A DNA stretch of 64,000 nucleotides. It comes from Ranitomeya imitator (lineage: Eukaryota). The notes beneath the pieces are model-generated. The model did not search any database and was not told where the DNA came from. It worked only from the letters and a program-made list of their open reading frames with translations. Of this stretch, positions 1-11,492 are shown one piece after another. Position 1 is the first letter of the stretch, and every line of letters begins with the position of its first letter. The stretch covers positions 293,508,001 to 293,572,000 of the forward strand of contig NC_091285.1 of assembly GCF_032444005.1 (NCBI RefSeq). The letters are read 5' to 3'. Both the position numbers and the translations under genes were made by a program.

Positions 1-430
1 GTGCCGGCCGGCGGGCGCACTGCGCATGCGGCCGCCATTTTGAAGATGGCGGCGCCCACCGGGAGACACGAGGAGCATCGGGGGAGCTAGGTGAGTATTG
101 GGGGGCCACCTGGGACCCCTTTTCTCTGTCCTCCGATGTGCGATCACATCGGAGGACAGAGAATTTAAAAAGAGATCGCTTTTTTTTTTTTTTTGCGATC
201 GCCGGTAAACGGTTAATTACCGGCGATCGCAAATGCGGGGTGGGTTAAAAACCCCCCGAATCATGTTCTCTGGGGTCTCGGCTACCCTCGGCAGCCGAGA
301 CCCCGGAGAAAATCGGCCTCTGGGGGGCGCTATGGACTTTTTCCACAGCGCCGTTAATTAACGGCGCTGTGGTTTAAGTACCCTTAGCGGCCGCCGTTAA
401 AAGGCGTATCGGCGGTCGCTAAGGGGTTAA
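1..430. mobile_element. Right end of a non-autonomous TTAA-flanked DNA transposon (piggyBac/T2-like MITE)
   Basis: GC-rich palindromic sequence ending AAGGGG|TTAA (427-430); the left end is outside the window. Confidence 0.5.
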
Positions 431-999
431 ACATATTAGATGTATAGCATGGCATTAACCGAGGGAGAAAACCACAGCATGTTTTATATCAATAAGAAGA
501 GGTTAGCTAAGTGTTTTATTTCCAGTTATTAATGGTGTTTCAGGGTTTCTGAATATTAATATTAATCACTTTATGAAGGCTTTCACATACAGTATACTTG
601 CCTTTTCTCTCTACTGCCTAAATATTATCAGAGAGCCATAAGTTACATTCACAGTGTACATTTTGGCATATTTGCCATGAAAGCTCAAAGAAGGTATACT
701 TTTGTCCACTTTAAAAGGTATACATTAGAATACTTTTTTATCGTATAGAATAATTTGTATCAAATAATTTCCTAGCCTATACAAAGAATATAAATTAGTC
801 AAACACAAACTAAAATTGCCCTGCATTTTACAAAAAAAGTTTTAATTCTTCTGAATTTTCTGCAATTTGCTTTCTGCCAATTCAGCAAGATGGTAGCAAG
901 TTAGATGCCATTTTATTGAGTTGTAAATAATTGAAAAAGGGGTTAAAAGCCCACCTTTTGCTCTGTATTTCTCCTTAGTCCCTGTGTCACACTACATTC

Positions 1000-1277
1000 A
1001 CATTGTAGGATTGCCACTTCCAATAGGTGGCACTAGAGATCAAGATCTCTTCCTCTCTGAAGAGATAATTTGCATAATTAGCAAATTACCCAGAGGAGCA
1101 TTGTGGCTTTAAGTCTTTTCATCTTGGCTTGCTTAGCATGTCGATCTCCACAAGGAGAAACGATACTTCTTGGATAACGGTCTGACGACTCTCACACAGC
1201 CAAATCAGATCTCCGCTTTGCACCAACGAGGGGCACTACCCTGAAAACCAGTATCTGCAAATTGAGATTCTGGTTTG
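1000..1277 (+). repeat. Fragment of a repeat carrying a degenerate type I hammerhead-like motif, cut off at the Gypsy LTR junction
   Basis: TTTGCA-ccaacga-GGGG cacta CCCT-GAAA-accagta-TC-TGCAAA at 1217-1261; the core deviates from CUGANGA. Confidence 0.35.
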
Positions 1278-1475
1278 GCCATCCTTATAGCCTGTGGTTT
1301 CCTTCTTTATTTTGGGTCGTCCCTTTGGCTCTAGCTGTTGTGTCTCCATTCCCCCGAGGTCCTGCTCCTAACACTCCCTGTATAGGGGGTGATTCCATCT
1401 GGTCCGCTCGACCCCGGGGGCTCTAGAGTCACGACCCAGAGGGTCCACTCTCAGATTTCTGTCCGAATACTTACA
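1278..1475 (+). repeat. 5' LTR remnant (last 198 bp only)
   Basis: Matches 6387-6584 with 2 substitutions by eye and ends in TTACA; the first ~628 bp of the LTR are missing. Confidence 0.95.
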
Positions 1476-1488
1476 GGAAGCAAAGGCC

Positions 1489-2499
1489 ATGGACCCCGCT
1501 GGGGCCTCTGCTACGCAAAAAGAGCTACTCTTTTTGCGGGAGAATCAGTCCCGTATGATGTCCTTTATGAAGGCTATGGATTCTCGTTTGTCCACGCTCC
1601 TGTCCTCCGATCCTGGCAACGCCGCTCTACTCATTGGCTTACAGCAAGAGTTAGCTCAGCAGCGTGACACCCAGGCCCATATACTTAGTTATATGTCTTC
1701 TATTGACGATCGGCTGCTTTCCATCCAGACAGCCGCTTCTACGTCTGCTCCTGCTTCCCACCCTCCACCCCGCTTGGCTAAACCGCCTCGGTACAATGGG
1801 GATCCTAAGTCCTGCCGAGGATTTCTAAACCAATGCCGTCTTCACTTTGAGCTTCTGCCCCAGCATTACCCGACGGATCGGTCCAAAGTTGCGTTTTTGA
1901 TTTCCCATCTAGAGGGTGACGCCTTGGCATGGGTTAATCCACTCTGGGAGCGAGACGATCCCCTAGTCTCCCGGTTGTCTGAATTTTTGGAGACTTTCCG
2001 TCTTGTCTTTGACGAACCTGGACGACTGGCCTCTACAACTGAAGCCCTATTCTCTCTCCATCAGGGATCGTTATCCGTAGGCCAGTACGCTATTCAGTTC
2101 CGCACCCTCTCCTCTGACTTGGGCTGGAACAATGAGGCGTTGGTGGGTGCTTTCTGGCGGGGTCTCTCTGGGCGCATAAAGGATGAGTTAGCTGGTCGGG
2201 ACACCCCTACGGTTTTGGAGGAATTAATTTCCTTAGCGACCCGTATTGACCTTCGGTTCCAAGAACGCGCTCGCGAGCGGAGGTCTCTTCGTCCTTCTTC
2301 TGCCACCCGTAAGCCACTCAGTCCACAGCCTAGAACCTCCTCTCAGGCGTCCGCACCGGAACCTATGCAAGTGGACCGTCTTAAAATGTCCGAACAACGT
2401 CGTAAAGAGAGGCGCACTCAGGGGTTATGTTTTTACTGCGGAAGTGCTGCTCATTTATTGCGCTCTTGCCCTGAACGTCCGGAAAACTCCTCCGCCTAG
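1489..2499 (+). CDS. gag: Gag polyprotein (336 aa) with capsid-like domain and CCHC zinc knuckle
   Basis: [15 protein letters not shown] motif, EPMQVD motif, [14 protein letters not shown] knuckle; PEG10/RTL1-like Gag; ATG 13 nt after the LTR. Confidence 0.93.
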   Translation: MDPAGASATQKELLFLRENQSRMMSFMKAMDSRLSTLLSSDPGNAALLIGLQQELAQQRDTQAHILSYMSSIDDRLLSIQTAASTSAPASHPPPRLAKPPRYNGDPKSCRGFLNQCRLHFELLPQHYPTDRSKVAFLISHLEGDALAWVNPLWERDDPLVSRLSEFLETFRLVFDEPGRLASTTEALFSLHQGSLSVGQYAIQFRTLSSDLGWNNEALVGAFWRGLSGRIKDELAGRDTPTVLEELISLATRIDLRFQERARERRSLRPSSATRKPLSPQPRTSSQASAPEPMQVDRLKMSEQRRKERRTQGLCFYCGSAAHLLRSCPERPENSSA

Positions 2500-2526
2500 G
2501 TCAGGTAAGAGAGGCCTCCCTAGGTG
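2481..2526 (+). promoter_or_regulatory. Putative -1 ribosomal frameshift signal (gag-pol)
   Basis: G_GAA_AAC at 2481-2487 in the gag frame, 5-nt spacer, then stem CGCCTAGG(2493-2500)/CCTAGGTG(2519-2526); the -1 frame is open into the protease. Confidence 0.7.
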
Positions 2527-5500
2527 TGTGTGATTCCTCTCAACCCCTTACTTTGTCCGTTCTTTTGCATATTGCGGGCAAGGGCGTTTCTCTGGATGCG
2601 TATGTGGATTCGGGCGCTGCAGGGAATTTTATTAGGTTGGAAGAGGTTTTGAAATTCTCCGTTCCAGTCAGAACCTTAGAGGCTCCTGTGATTCTAGCAT
2701 CTGTGGATGGTAAACCTTTACAGGAGACCATTACTCAAGTGACACTTGAGGTGGAACTTCAGGTTGGGGCTCTGCACAAGGAGAGAATTGCATTTTATGT
2801 TTTAGCGGGTCTGTCTCATCCTATGCTCTTAGGTCTTCCTTGGTTACGGAGCCACGAGCCCATTTTAGATTGGCGCAATGGTAATATCTTGCGCTGGGGT
2901 GAGCTTTGTCGGGAACGTTGTCTGCTGCCGGTGCGTCCTGTGGGATATTCCTCTAATTCTTCTCCTTCTTCTTCCTTTCCCGCCTTACCCTCTGTCTACA
3001 GCGCTTTTTCTGATGTCTTCAACAAGAAGGAGGCTGAGGAGCTTCTGCCTCACCGTCTCTATGATTGTCCCATAGATCTCGTGCCTGGAACTAACCCGCC
3101 CAGGGGCAGAATCTATCCTCTCTCTCCTGCTGAGACTCAAGCTATGTCTGAGTACATTCAAGAAAATCTTGCTAAAGGTTTCATCCGCAAGTCTTCTTCT
3201 CCGGCCGGAGCAGGGTTTTTTTTCGTGAAGAAGAAAGACGGTTCCCTCCGTCCCTGCATTGATTATCGAGGCCTAAACAACATCACGGTGAAGAACAAAT
3301 ATCCTCTGCCACTCATTCCGGAACTCTTCGACCGTCTTCGGGGTGCGCAAATCTTTACCAAATTAGATCTACGTGGCGCATACAATCTGGTTCGTATTCG
3401 TGCAGGAGATGAGTGGAAGACCGCCTTCAATACGCGTGACGGTCACTACGAATACTTGGTTATGCCGTTTGGTCTCTGCAACGCCCCCGCGGTTTTCCAG
3501 GAATTTGTGAACGATGTATTTCGGGATCTTCTCTACTCCTCAGTCGTGGTTTACCTTGACGACATCCTCATCTTCTCTCCGGATCTCTCCACTCACAGGC
3601 GAGATGTCCGCTGAGTCCTGCAAAGGCTAAGAGAGAATCATCTGTTCGCTAAGATTGAAAAGTGCGTCTTTGAACAGTCCTCTCTTCCCTTCCTTGGGTA
3701 TATTGTCTCACGATCTGGCTTAGAGATGGATCCAGAGAAGGTTTCTGCTGTCCTGAATTGGCCTCGTCCTCTTGGAACAAAAGCAATCCAATGTTTTCTT
3801 GGCTTTGCCAACTACTATAGACAATTTATTCCTCATTTTTCTTCCATGACCAAGCCTATCTCTGCCCTAGTTCGCAAGGGAGTCAATTCCAGCCTTTGGA
3901 CCCCTGAGGCTGAAGAGTCTTTTTTGTCCCTTAAACAAAGTTTCGCTACGGCCCCTGTGCTTCATCGTCCTGATGCTAATAGACCGTTTGTCCTTGAGGT
4001 CGACGCATCTTCTATTGGAGCTGGAGCAGTACTTTTGCAAAGATCTTCGTCCGGACGTTTGGTGACCTGTGGTTTCTTTTCTAAAACTTTTTCCGCTCCT
4101 GAGCGTAACTACTCTATAGGGGATAAGGAGCTATTGGCTATCAAGCTAGCCTTGGAAGAATGGCATTATCTTCTTGAAGGGTCTCTTCATCCATTCATCA
4201 TTTACACTGACCACAAGAATCTGGCCTATATTCAGTCTGCCCAAAGACTAAATCCACGACAAGCCAGATGGTCTTTATTCTTCGGACGATTTGAGTTTGA
4301 ACTTCATTTCCGACCTGGAAATAAGAATGTCAAAGCAGATGCTCTTTCGAGATCCTTTCAACCTCAGGACATGGAGGATTCTCCGGCTCACATCATTGAT
4401 CCTGCGAGGATCGTCACTCTTGCTCCTCTAAGAGTGATTCCTACTCCTCCTGGCAAGACTCTTGTGGCTAATCAAGACAAGGAGAGAGTTTTACGTTGGG
4501 GTCACTCCTCCAAAATTGCAGGACATGTAGGAGTCAAGAAGACACTGTCTCTTATCTCTCGGCACTACTGGTGGCCATCTCTCCGTCAAGACGTCACCAA
4601 ATTCATCGCTTCTTGTCCTTCTTGTGCTAAAAATAAAGTCCCTAGGCAGCTTCCCTCCGGTCTCCTGCATCCTCTGCCTGTGCCTTCCGTTCCATGGAGT
4701 CATATCGCTATGGACTTCATCACTGATCTACCTTCTTCCTTGAATTGCTCTGTCATCTTGGTTGTTGTAGATCGGTTCTCTAAAATGGCTCACTTCATCG
4801 CTTTGCCTGGTCTGCCTTCCGCTCCTGAGTTGGCAAAGATCTTTTTACACCAAGTCTTCCGTCTTCATGGTTTTCCACATCATATTGTCTCAGACCGTGG
4901 AGTACAATTTACCTCACGTTTTTGGAGAGCTCTCTGCAGTCTATTAAAGGTTAACTTGGACTTCTCTTCCGCCTATCACCCTCAGTCCAACGGACAAGTG
5001 GAGCGAGTTAATCAAGTTCTGACTACATATCTGCGACACTTTACCAATGCACACCAAGATGACTGGGTCTCTCTTCTCCCTTGGGCTGAATTCTCTTACA
5101 ACAATCTTCCCAGCGAGTCTTCCTCCAAATCTCCCTTTTTCATAGTCTATGGTCAACATCCGAACATTCCTCTTCCTGTTTCTCTTTCCTCGGGGGTACC
5201 GGCAGCGGATTTCTTGTCCCGGGAATGCTCTACGATTTGGAATGAGACCAAAGTGGCTCTTGAGAAAGCTAGCCTTAATATGAAAAGGTTTGCTGACAAG
5301 AAGCGTTTGGATGCTCCGCCATATTCTCCGGGTGATAAAGTTTGGCTCTCCTCTCGCTATATCAAGCTTAAAATTCCCTCTTACAAACTGGGTCCTCGCT
5401 ACATTGGTCCTTTTCCTATCTTGAGTCGCATTAATGATGTCTCTTATAAGTTGAAGCTACCTGCCTCTTTGCGCATCCCCAATGCCTTCCATGTGTCTCT

Positions 5501-5921
5501 TCTTAAACCCGCAGTCTTTAATTGTTTTCACTCCGCTACCTCTTCCTCTCCTCAGCCCTGTACTTCTGATGGAATCTTTAATGTTAAAGATATTCTTGCC
5601 AAAAAAGTAGTTAGGGGTAAAACTTATTTTTTGATTGATTGGGAGGGATTTGGCCCTGAGGAGAGGTCCTGGGAGCCCTGAGAGAACATCAACGCTTCCC
5701 TTATCATGAAAAGATTCCTTTCTAGCCTTAAAAGGAGGGGGACTAAGGAGGGGGGTACTGTCACGCCCGCACATACTTACCCGGCTTCTCCCATCCCTCG
5801 GCGCGCTCACGATCTTGTCCCGCGCCGCTCTGCCTCCTCCTTTGCCGGCTCTCGGCGTCTGGTCTCTTCGCGCATGCGCGGTCGCGTCTCCCCCGTCGCT
5901 GAGCCTTCTGGGAGGTCGTGA
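2481..5921 (+). pseudogene. pol: Pol (PR-RT-RH-IN-chromodomain) in a single frame with two in-frame TGA stops
   Basis: VDSGA protease, YLDD RT, DAS RNaseH, HHCC and DDE integrase, YFLIDWEGFGPEERSWEP chromodomain; stops at 3612-3614 and 5679-5681; no frameshift seen. Confidence 0.93.
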
Positions 5922-6584
5922 CCCGGTGGCTCCGCCCCAACATGGCAGCGCCCATCGAGTGTTTCTTCCCGGCGTCTTCCTAGGTAAGACGCCTTTGCTT
6001 TGTAGGTGCACTGTCTGCCGTCAGTGTCCCTATGCCCTAGGCTCCCCTGTACCAGTGTCTTTTCTCAGCCCAGTCCTTGCTTTGTCTCTGTATCCTGCTA
6101 GTCCGTGTTCCTGTTGTATTCTGCCAGTCCGTGTTCCTGCTGTATCCTGCCTGTCCGTGTTCCTGCTGTATTCTGCCAGTCCATGTTCCTGCTGTATCCT
6201 GCCAGTCCGTGTTCCTGCTGTGTCCTGCCAGCCCGTGTTCCTGCTGTATCCTGCCTGTCCGTGTTCCTGCTGTATCCCGCCAGTCCGTGTTCCTGTTGTA
6301 TCCTGCCGGTCCGTGTTCCTGCTGAGTCCTGCCGTTCCGTGTTCCAGACATTCTTTCAGTTAAGTCTTGTTTTCCTATTATTCCCTGCCATCCTTATAGC
6401 CTGTGGTTTCCTTCTTTATTTTGGGTCGTCCCTTTGGCTCTAGCTGTTGTGTCTCCATTCCCCCGAGGTCCTGCTCCTAACACTCCCTGTATAGGGGGTG
6501 ATTCCATCTGGTCCGCTCGACCCCAGGGGCTCTAGAGTCACGACCCAGAGGGTCCACTCTCGGATTTCTGTCCGAATACTTACA
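5759..6584 (+). repeat. Complete 3' LTR (826 bp)
   Basis: Starts TGTCAC just after the polypurine tract and ends TTACA. Confidence 0.92.
6088..6345. repeat. 26-bp minisatellite inside the LTR (about 9 full copies plus partial flanks)
   Basis: Unit GTCCGTGTTCCTGCTGTATCCTGCCA repeated at 26-bp period from 6101 to 6334. Confidence 0.95.
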
Positions 6585-7989
6585 GCTGTATTTGCTTATT
6601 GATCTCATAAGAAGCTGTATAATGTATATATAAGATACAAGTGGATATAGATAGCATAAAAACATACATATAAAGATTTTTTTTACAGTCAAGAGAGTAT
6701 TATACTGAGAAATATAAGCATCAGCTATACATTAACATAAGGAAGAATTACATTAATTGATAGTGTGAATGGATGATGGTCAAACATGACGAAAAACATA
6801 CAGTATATATTGATTAGAGGGTAGATTAAACAATCTCATTAAGATAATCAGGATGCAAAAATTATCATTTCTATATCAGGAAGGTTTCTTGTTGTCTTAA
6901 CTTCTGTAATCTACTGGAAACATCCTCTGGGACTTGTAGATAGATACTGTGGATAATTTGCTGAAATCAAAGCTTTGAATTTGAGTCTAATGTCTAGACA
7001 CACTATGTGAACCAATATATTCATTAAAGTGATATTGATTCTTTTGCAGAATTGGTGAATCATATATGTTGCAGCCAACATCTCCTTCCACCCACATTCA
7101 CAGTTCACAGTTCACAGTTCATCCTCCTCCTTGCTAAATGCCACCTGCAAACTGGCTCTTTGATTATTCTACACTAACTCCTGCTCAGTATATATCTTCT
7201 ACAGCTTACTTTTTTGGGGGATCAGCAGCGCTTCTTCAAATTTTTCTAAATTTGTTCTTACTATTTATCAAATTTTGATTTCCTTTGTAATATGGAGCAG
7301 CCAGAAGAGGGTGGAAATAGCAAAAAGGTAATTTTTTTCACAGTCTTGACCTCAATGTCTTATGGCTGTGGCTGTGTACAGTGTGCAATGAAAGGCTGGA
7401 TTTAACCCTTTAACCTGCAAGTGATTTCTTCACTTTACAAGTAGTTTGGTGAGATAAATATTCAGTTAATTTTCATTTTGCTGAATCACTGCCCACTGGG
7501 ATGCAGTATCAATTTGATTCAACATGTTTGTGATTTTTTCATTGTTAAATGTATGAGAAAAATAGGTAAATCAAACTTTTCTTGCATTTTATGGACCAAT
7601 GACTCAACAAAATGGTAAAACAGGCTAAATCCTAACAGATCTGAGCATAAAGCTCCAAATTTCCATTTAGAAACTATTTGTAATCACTCACACTTGATGT
7701 GTCCAAGCAATGTCCTAAATAGAGTCCGATGGGCCTGTGTGAAATATTTGGACCTGACCCACTCTCCCCCCCCTGCATTTTGGTCACATATATGGGCCGT
7801 TGTAGCATTTAAAATCCTATAAGGACATACATGTTGCCACTCTTCCCAAATTAGGTAGTAATGTCCCCCATCCTGTACTAATAAACCCTTCCAGTCTATT
7901 CTGGTATATATGTCTCTCATCTTTGGCCCTTCGATATGCATGTCCTCTATCCTGTGCTCATCCTGATATATCCCCCATCCTGGTATATA

Positions 7990-8525
7990 CAGCTCTGGCA
8001 AAAATGAAGAGACCACCACATAAAAACCCTGTCATGGGCAGCCCAATCTCCAGACCTGATCCCCATTGAAAACCTCTGGAATGTAACCAAGAGGATGATG
8101 GATAGTCACAAGCCATCAAACAAAAAAGAACTGCTTACATTTTTTGCGCCAGAAGCAGTGTGAAAGACTGGTGGAAAGCATGCCAAGACGCATGAAAGCT
8201 GTGATTAAAAATCATGGTTATTCCACAAAATATTGATTTCTGAAACTGAGTTAAAACATTAGTATTGTTGTTTCTAAATGATTATGAAGTTGTTTTCTTT
8301 GCATTATTTGAGGTCTGAAAGCACTGTTGTTTTTTTTTATTTTGACCATTTCTCCTTTTCTGAAAAAAAAAATACAAAATGTATTGCTTGGAAAGTTGGT
8401 GACATGTTATCAGAAGTTTATAGAATAAATGAACAATTTACATTTTACTCAAAAATATACCTATAAAGAGAAAAAAGAGAGAAACTGAAAATTTTGCAGT
8501 GGACTCTTAATTTTTGCCAGAGCTG
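7990..8525 (+). mobile_element. Internally deleted Tc1-like element (MITE-size)
   Basis: TIR CAGCTCTGGCAAAAAT/ATTTTTGCCAGAGCTG, TA on the left; retains SPDLxPIENLW-coding sequence; same derivative as 51779-52314. Confidence 0.85.
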
Positions 8526-9765
8526 CATGTCCCCTGTTCTACTGCTGTTCTTAAATGCATAAAAAATGATTATACTCAACTTCTTTGGCTCCATCGCCGC
8601 ACAACATCATGTTCTAAAGTCGGCAGCTGACTTAAGCGTGCAAGTGACGGGCAGTGCATGATATCACTGCCACTCGTAGCCAATGACATGCATGCTAAAA
8701 TCAGCTGCCGACCTCTGATTGCTCGCAGGCCTCTACCCTGCAATACACATCAGCTGAATATGCGTCCTCGTATACACGTCCTGCAGAGGTGTGCTCTGGC
8801 ATCAGCAGGTCCCCACCCCCACAGGCCCGATCGTGGTCCCCTGTGTTCAAGAAATGAGATTCATAAAAGATATTGAGCTAATTTATGCTTAAATGAAAGT
8901 AAGTCAACTGATGACATAGATTTCAGAAAATTCTTACAATTTCACCTGCTGTCTCTTTTTATGTTTTTATAGGTCCTCTTTAAGTTGGGATTTCCATTGG
9001 TAGAAGTCTGACATATGTGGGACCTTTAGTTGCAGAACTGGGGAATTTGAAATGGGAACAATCATTGTGATTAGGAATTATTCCTTGAATGGCAGACAAT
9101 AGATGCTTGACTTGCATGATATCTTCAACATATGTTTGTTATTTTTAGTGAAATAGTTAAAAAGTACTTCATGCCAGAGCAGCATAGGTCGATACAATCA
9201 CTTGTTTTCCATCTTTTTAATAGGATTGCACTGCTCAACATTCACTTATTTTTGTAAACTCTACATTAACCAGAAAAAATCTTTTTTACTATGCAAGGGA
9301 AAGAAAGCATTTGTCTGTTTTAACAGATGTGAAATTCTCTTTGTTGAACAACATGCACAAATCAAGAACGTGCAAATTTGATATGCGCATACTTGATGTG
9401 GTATTCTAAATTTAACTATTTTCCCCTATTATTTAGCTTATAGAAAAATAGTTGTCGTAAAATGATTCATACATATAAATGAATTGGAGTGCACATAGCA
9501 TTTGATGTTCTGGTGTTCATCTAGGACCCGTTGTACAATTACAATATTTTAAATCCATCTTGATTAATACCACATCTGCACAACTCCGGATTACCATAAA
9601 TTCTGAGTCTAGATTTTCCTGACATGTTTATATGCGTTATTGCCCTCTTTTACTTGAAATATGTGCTCGTTTCCACTTTTACAATTTCACTCTGCAAAGT
9701 TATTGCTGAGTTTGGCCAGAAATCACATTAACTAAATATTATGGAACTCGGTATAAATAAACTTC

Positions 9766-11034
9766 TGCTATAATGAATCATAACAATGCAAAATATCATA
9801 AAATACTAGTATTAATATTGACATTCAGGTATAAAGAAAGAGAAATACTATGACAAATCGCCATCATTTGTAAGAGATGCTAAAGAATTGAAAGTCTGTT
9901 TAAATTTCATCCCGAGAATGCAAATTATTATATTACATGAGTTGTATCTGACAATACAAGACTAGATATTAAGATAACTTTATTTCTATTAAATTAATTA
10001 TCTGTCCATTTGGAAACAGCAAGGACAGCTTTGCAGGCTTTTCTTCTCCACACTTACGCACAATACAAAGGCTTCTCCTGCATTTAAAGGGACACTGTCA
10101 CCTGAATTTGGAGGGAACAATCTTCAGCCATGGAGGCGGAGTTTTTGGGTTTTTGATTCACCCTTTCCTTACCCGCTGGCTGCATGCTGGCTGCAATATT
10201 GGATTGAAGTTCATTCTCTGTCCTCCATAGTACACGCCTGCACAAGGCCTTGAATCAAACACCCAAAACCCCCGCCTCCCTGGCTGAAGATTGTTCCCTC
10301 CAAATTCAGGTGACAGTGTCCCTTTAAAGAGCATCTTTCATCAAAGTTTTCAAGTTGAACTGGACACACTATGCAATATTGGCTGCATAGCAGAATAAAA
10401 AATGTTTTATTTTTTTATTTTGTCTCTCTGTTGCAGATATTAGTAATCAAATTATTTGGCACGTAATGAATTAACTTATGTTAAGTTCAAATGGGTGTTA
10501 TCAGATAGCATCTCATGCAGTGAGAAGTACATGACACCCCACCCAGAGAAAAGTATCTAATAACACCCACTTAGATGTAATGTAACCATCATTTTAATTT
10601 TTAATTCATAAATCTACATTACAAAAGAAAATAAGAAACTTTGTAATATATTTTATCAGAAAAATCTGCTTCTTTATTCGCCAAGACTGATCAATCAGCT
10701 TATCTTCAAAATCCTCAATTCACTTAGGCACAATATTAAGTGTGGAGAAGAAAGACCAGCAAAACTGTCCTTGCTGTCTCCAAACGGGCTGAAAACTCAT
10801 TTATTAGAAATAGAGTTTTCTTAATATCTAATCTTGTATTATGCCAGACGCAACTCATGTAATTTAATTGTTTGCATTCTTGGGATGAAATTGAAACAGA
10901 CTTTCAATTCTTTAGCATCTTTTGCAAATGATGGCAATTTGTCATAGTATTTGCTTTCATTATACCTGAATGTCAATAGTAATACTAGTATTTTATGATA
11001 TTTTGCATTGTTATGATTCATTATAATTATAGCA
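9766..11034. repeat. Long AT-rich inverted repeat: arms 9766-10056 and 10737-11034
   Basis: Reverse-complement match, roughly 85-90% identical by eye over the outer ~200 bp. Confidence 0.85.
10088..10323. mobile_element. TTAA-flanked T2/Kolobok-type MITE (236 bp)
   Basis: TTAA TSD at 10084-10087 and 10324-10327; ~73-bp TIRs starting AGGGACACTGTCACC, first 43 bp perfect. Confidence 0.88.
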
Positions 11035-11223
11035 ACAGATGACATCGAGCCCACAGGTTAGTAATGGAGAGGCGTCTGTAAGACGCCCCCATTACTAACC
11101 CCATAGTCAAATGTAATAAAGACACAGCAACAATAAAGTCCTTTATTTGAAATAAAACTCCCCACCTTCTTTTACCCACTTATTTAAAAAAAATAAAATA
11201 AAAAACACCATATTCCTCACCTG

Positions 11224-11492
11224 AAGACACAAAAGCGCACAGAGAGGTCAAAAAATATTCTGTTGTAAAAAGTCACAGTAAATAAGCAAGTGCTAGTCAA
11301 AAAATGAAAAAATACAGGGTATTTAGTTAATACATTTTTTTGCACTAGCACTTGCTTATTTACTGTGACTTTTTACAACAGAGTATTCTTTGACCTCTCT
11401 GTGCGCTTTTGTGTCTTCAAGTTCTTTGGTGGTGTGAACAGGTTTCTACAGACTTTTTCACTGTGCAAGTAGCCCATGTGTTTTTGGTTTTC
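11224..11492. mobile_element. Short fold-back insertion with long TSD inside a palindromic MITE remnant
   Basis: TTCCTCACCTG at 11213-11223 and 11496-11506 (14 bp with 1 mismatch); 76-bp inverted arms 11222-11297 and 11344-11419. Confidence 0.75.

Larger units (their letters stand above)
1278..6584 (+). mobile_element. Ty3/Gypsy chromovirus (Tf1/sushi-like) LTR retrotransposon with truncated 5' LTR
   Basis: gag, protease, RT, RNaseH, integrase and chromodomain in Gypsy order; PPT at 5745-5755; LTR homology 1278-1475 = 6387-6584. Confidence 0.95.

Noticed and set aside
1476-1493. tRNA primer-binding site
   Set aside because: No TGG start complementary to tRNA CCA; the segment instead matches the LTR.
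6101-6334. Regular short repeats resembling a CRISPR array
   Set aside because: Units are contiguous with no unique spacers, there are no cas genes, and the context is a eukaryotic LTR.
5457-6443. Several 100-180 aa ORFs on both strands over the 3' LTR
   Set aside because: They are translations of the GC-rich LTR start and the 26-bp minisatellite (repetitive Cys/Pro or Thr/Gly/Gln peptides) with no domain signal.
7684-7985. Possible L1-type ORF2 C-terminal remnant (GHYYLIWEEWQHVCP)
   Set aside because: Resemblance is weak and I found no other LINE motif to support it.
8950-9100. Splice-acceptor-like site (also at 37219-37220) suggesting host exons
   Set aside because: No open frame with a matching donor and no recognisable protein; a host gene cannot be supported.
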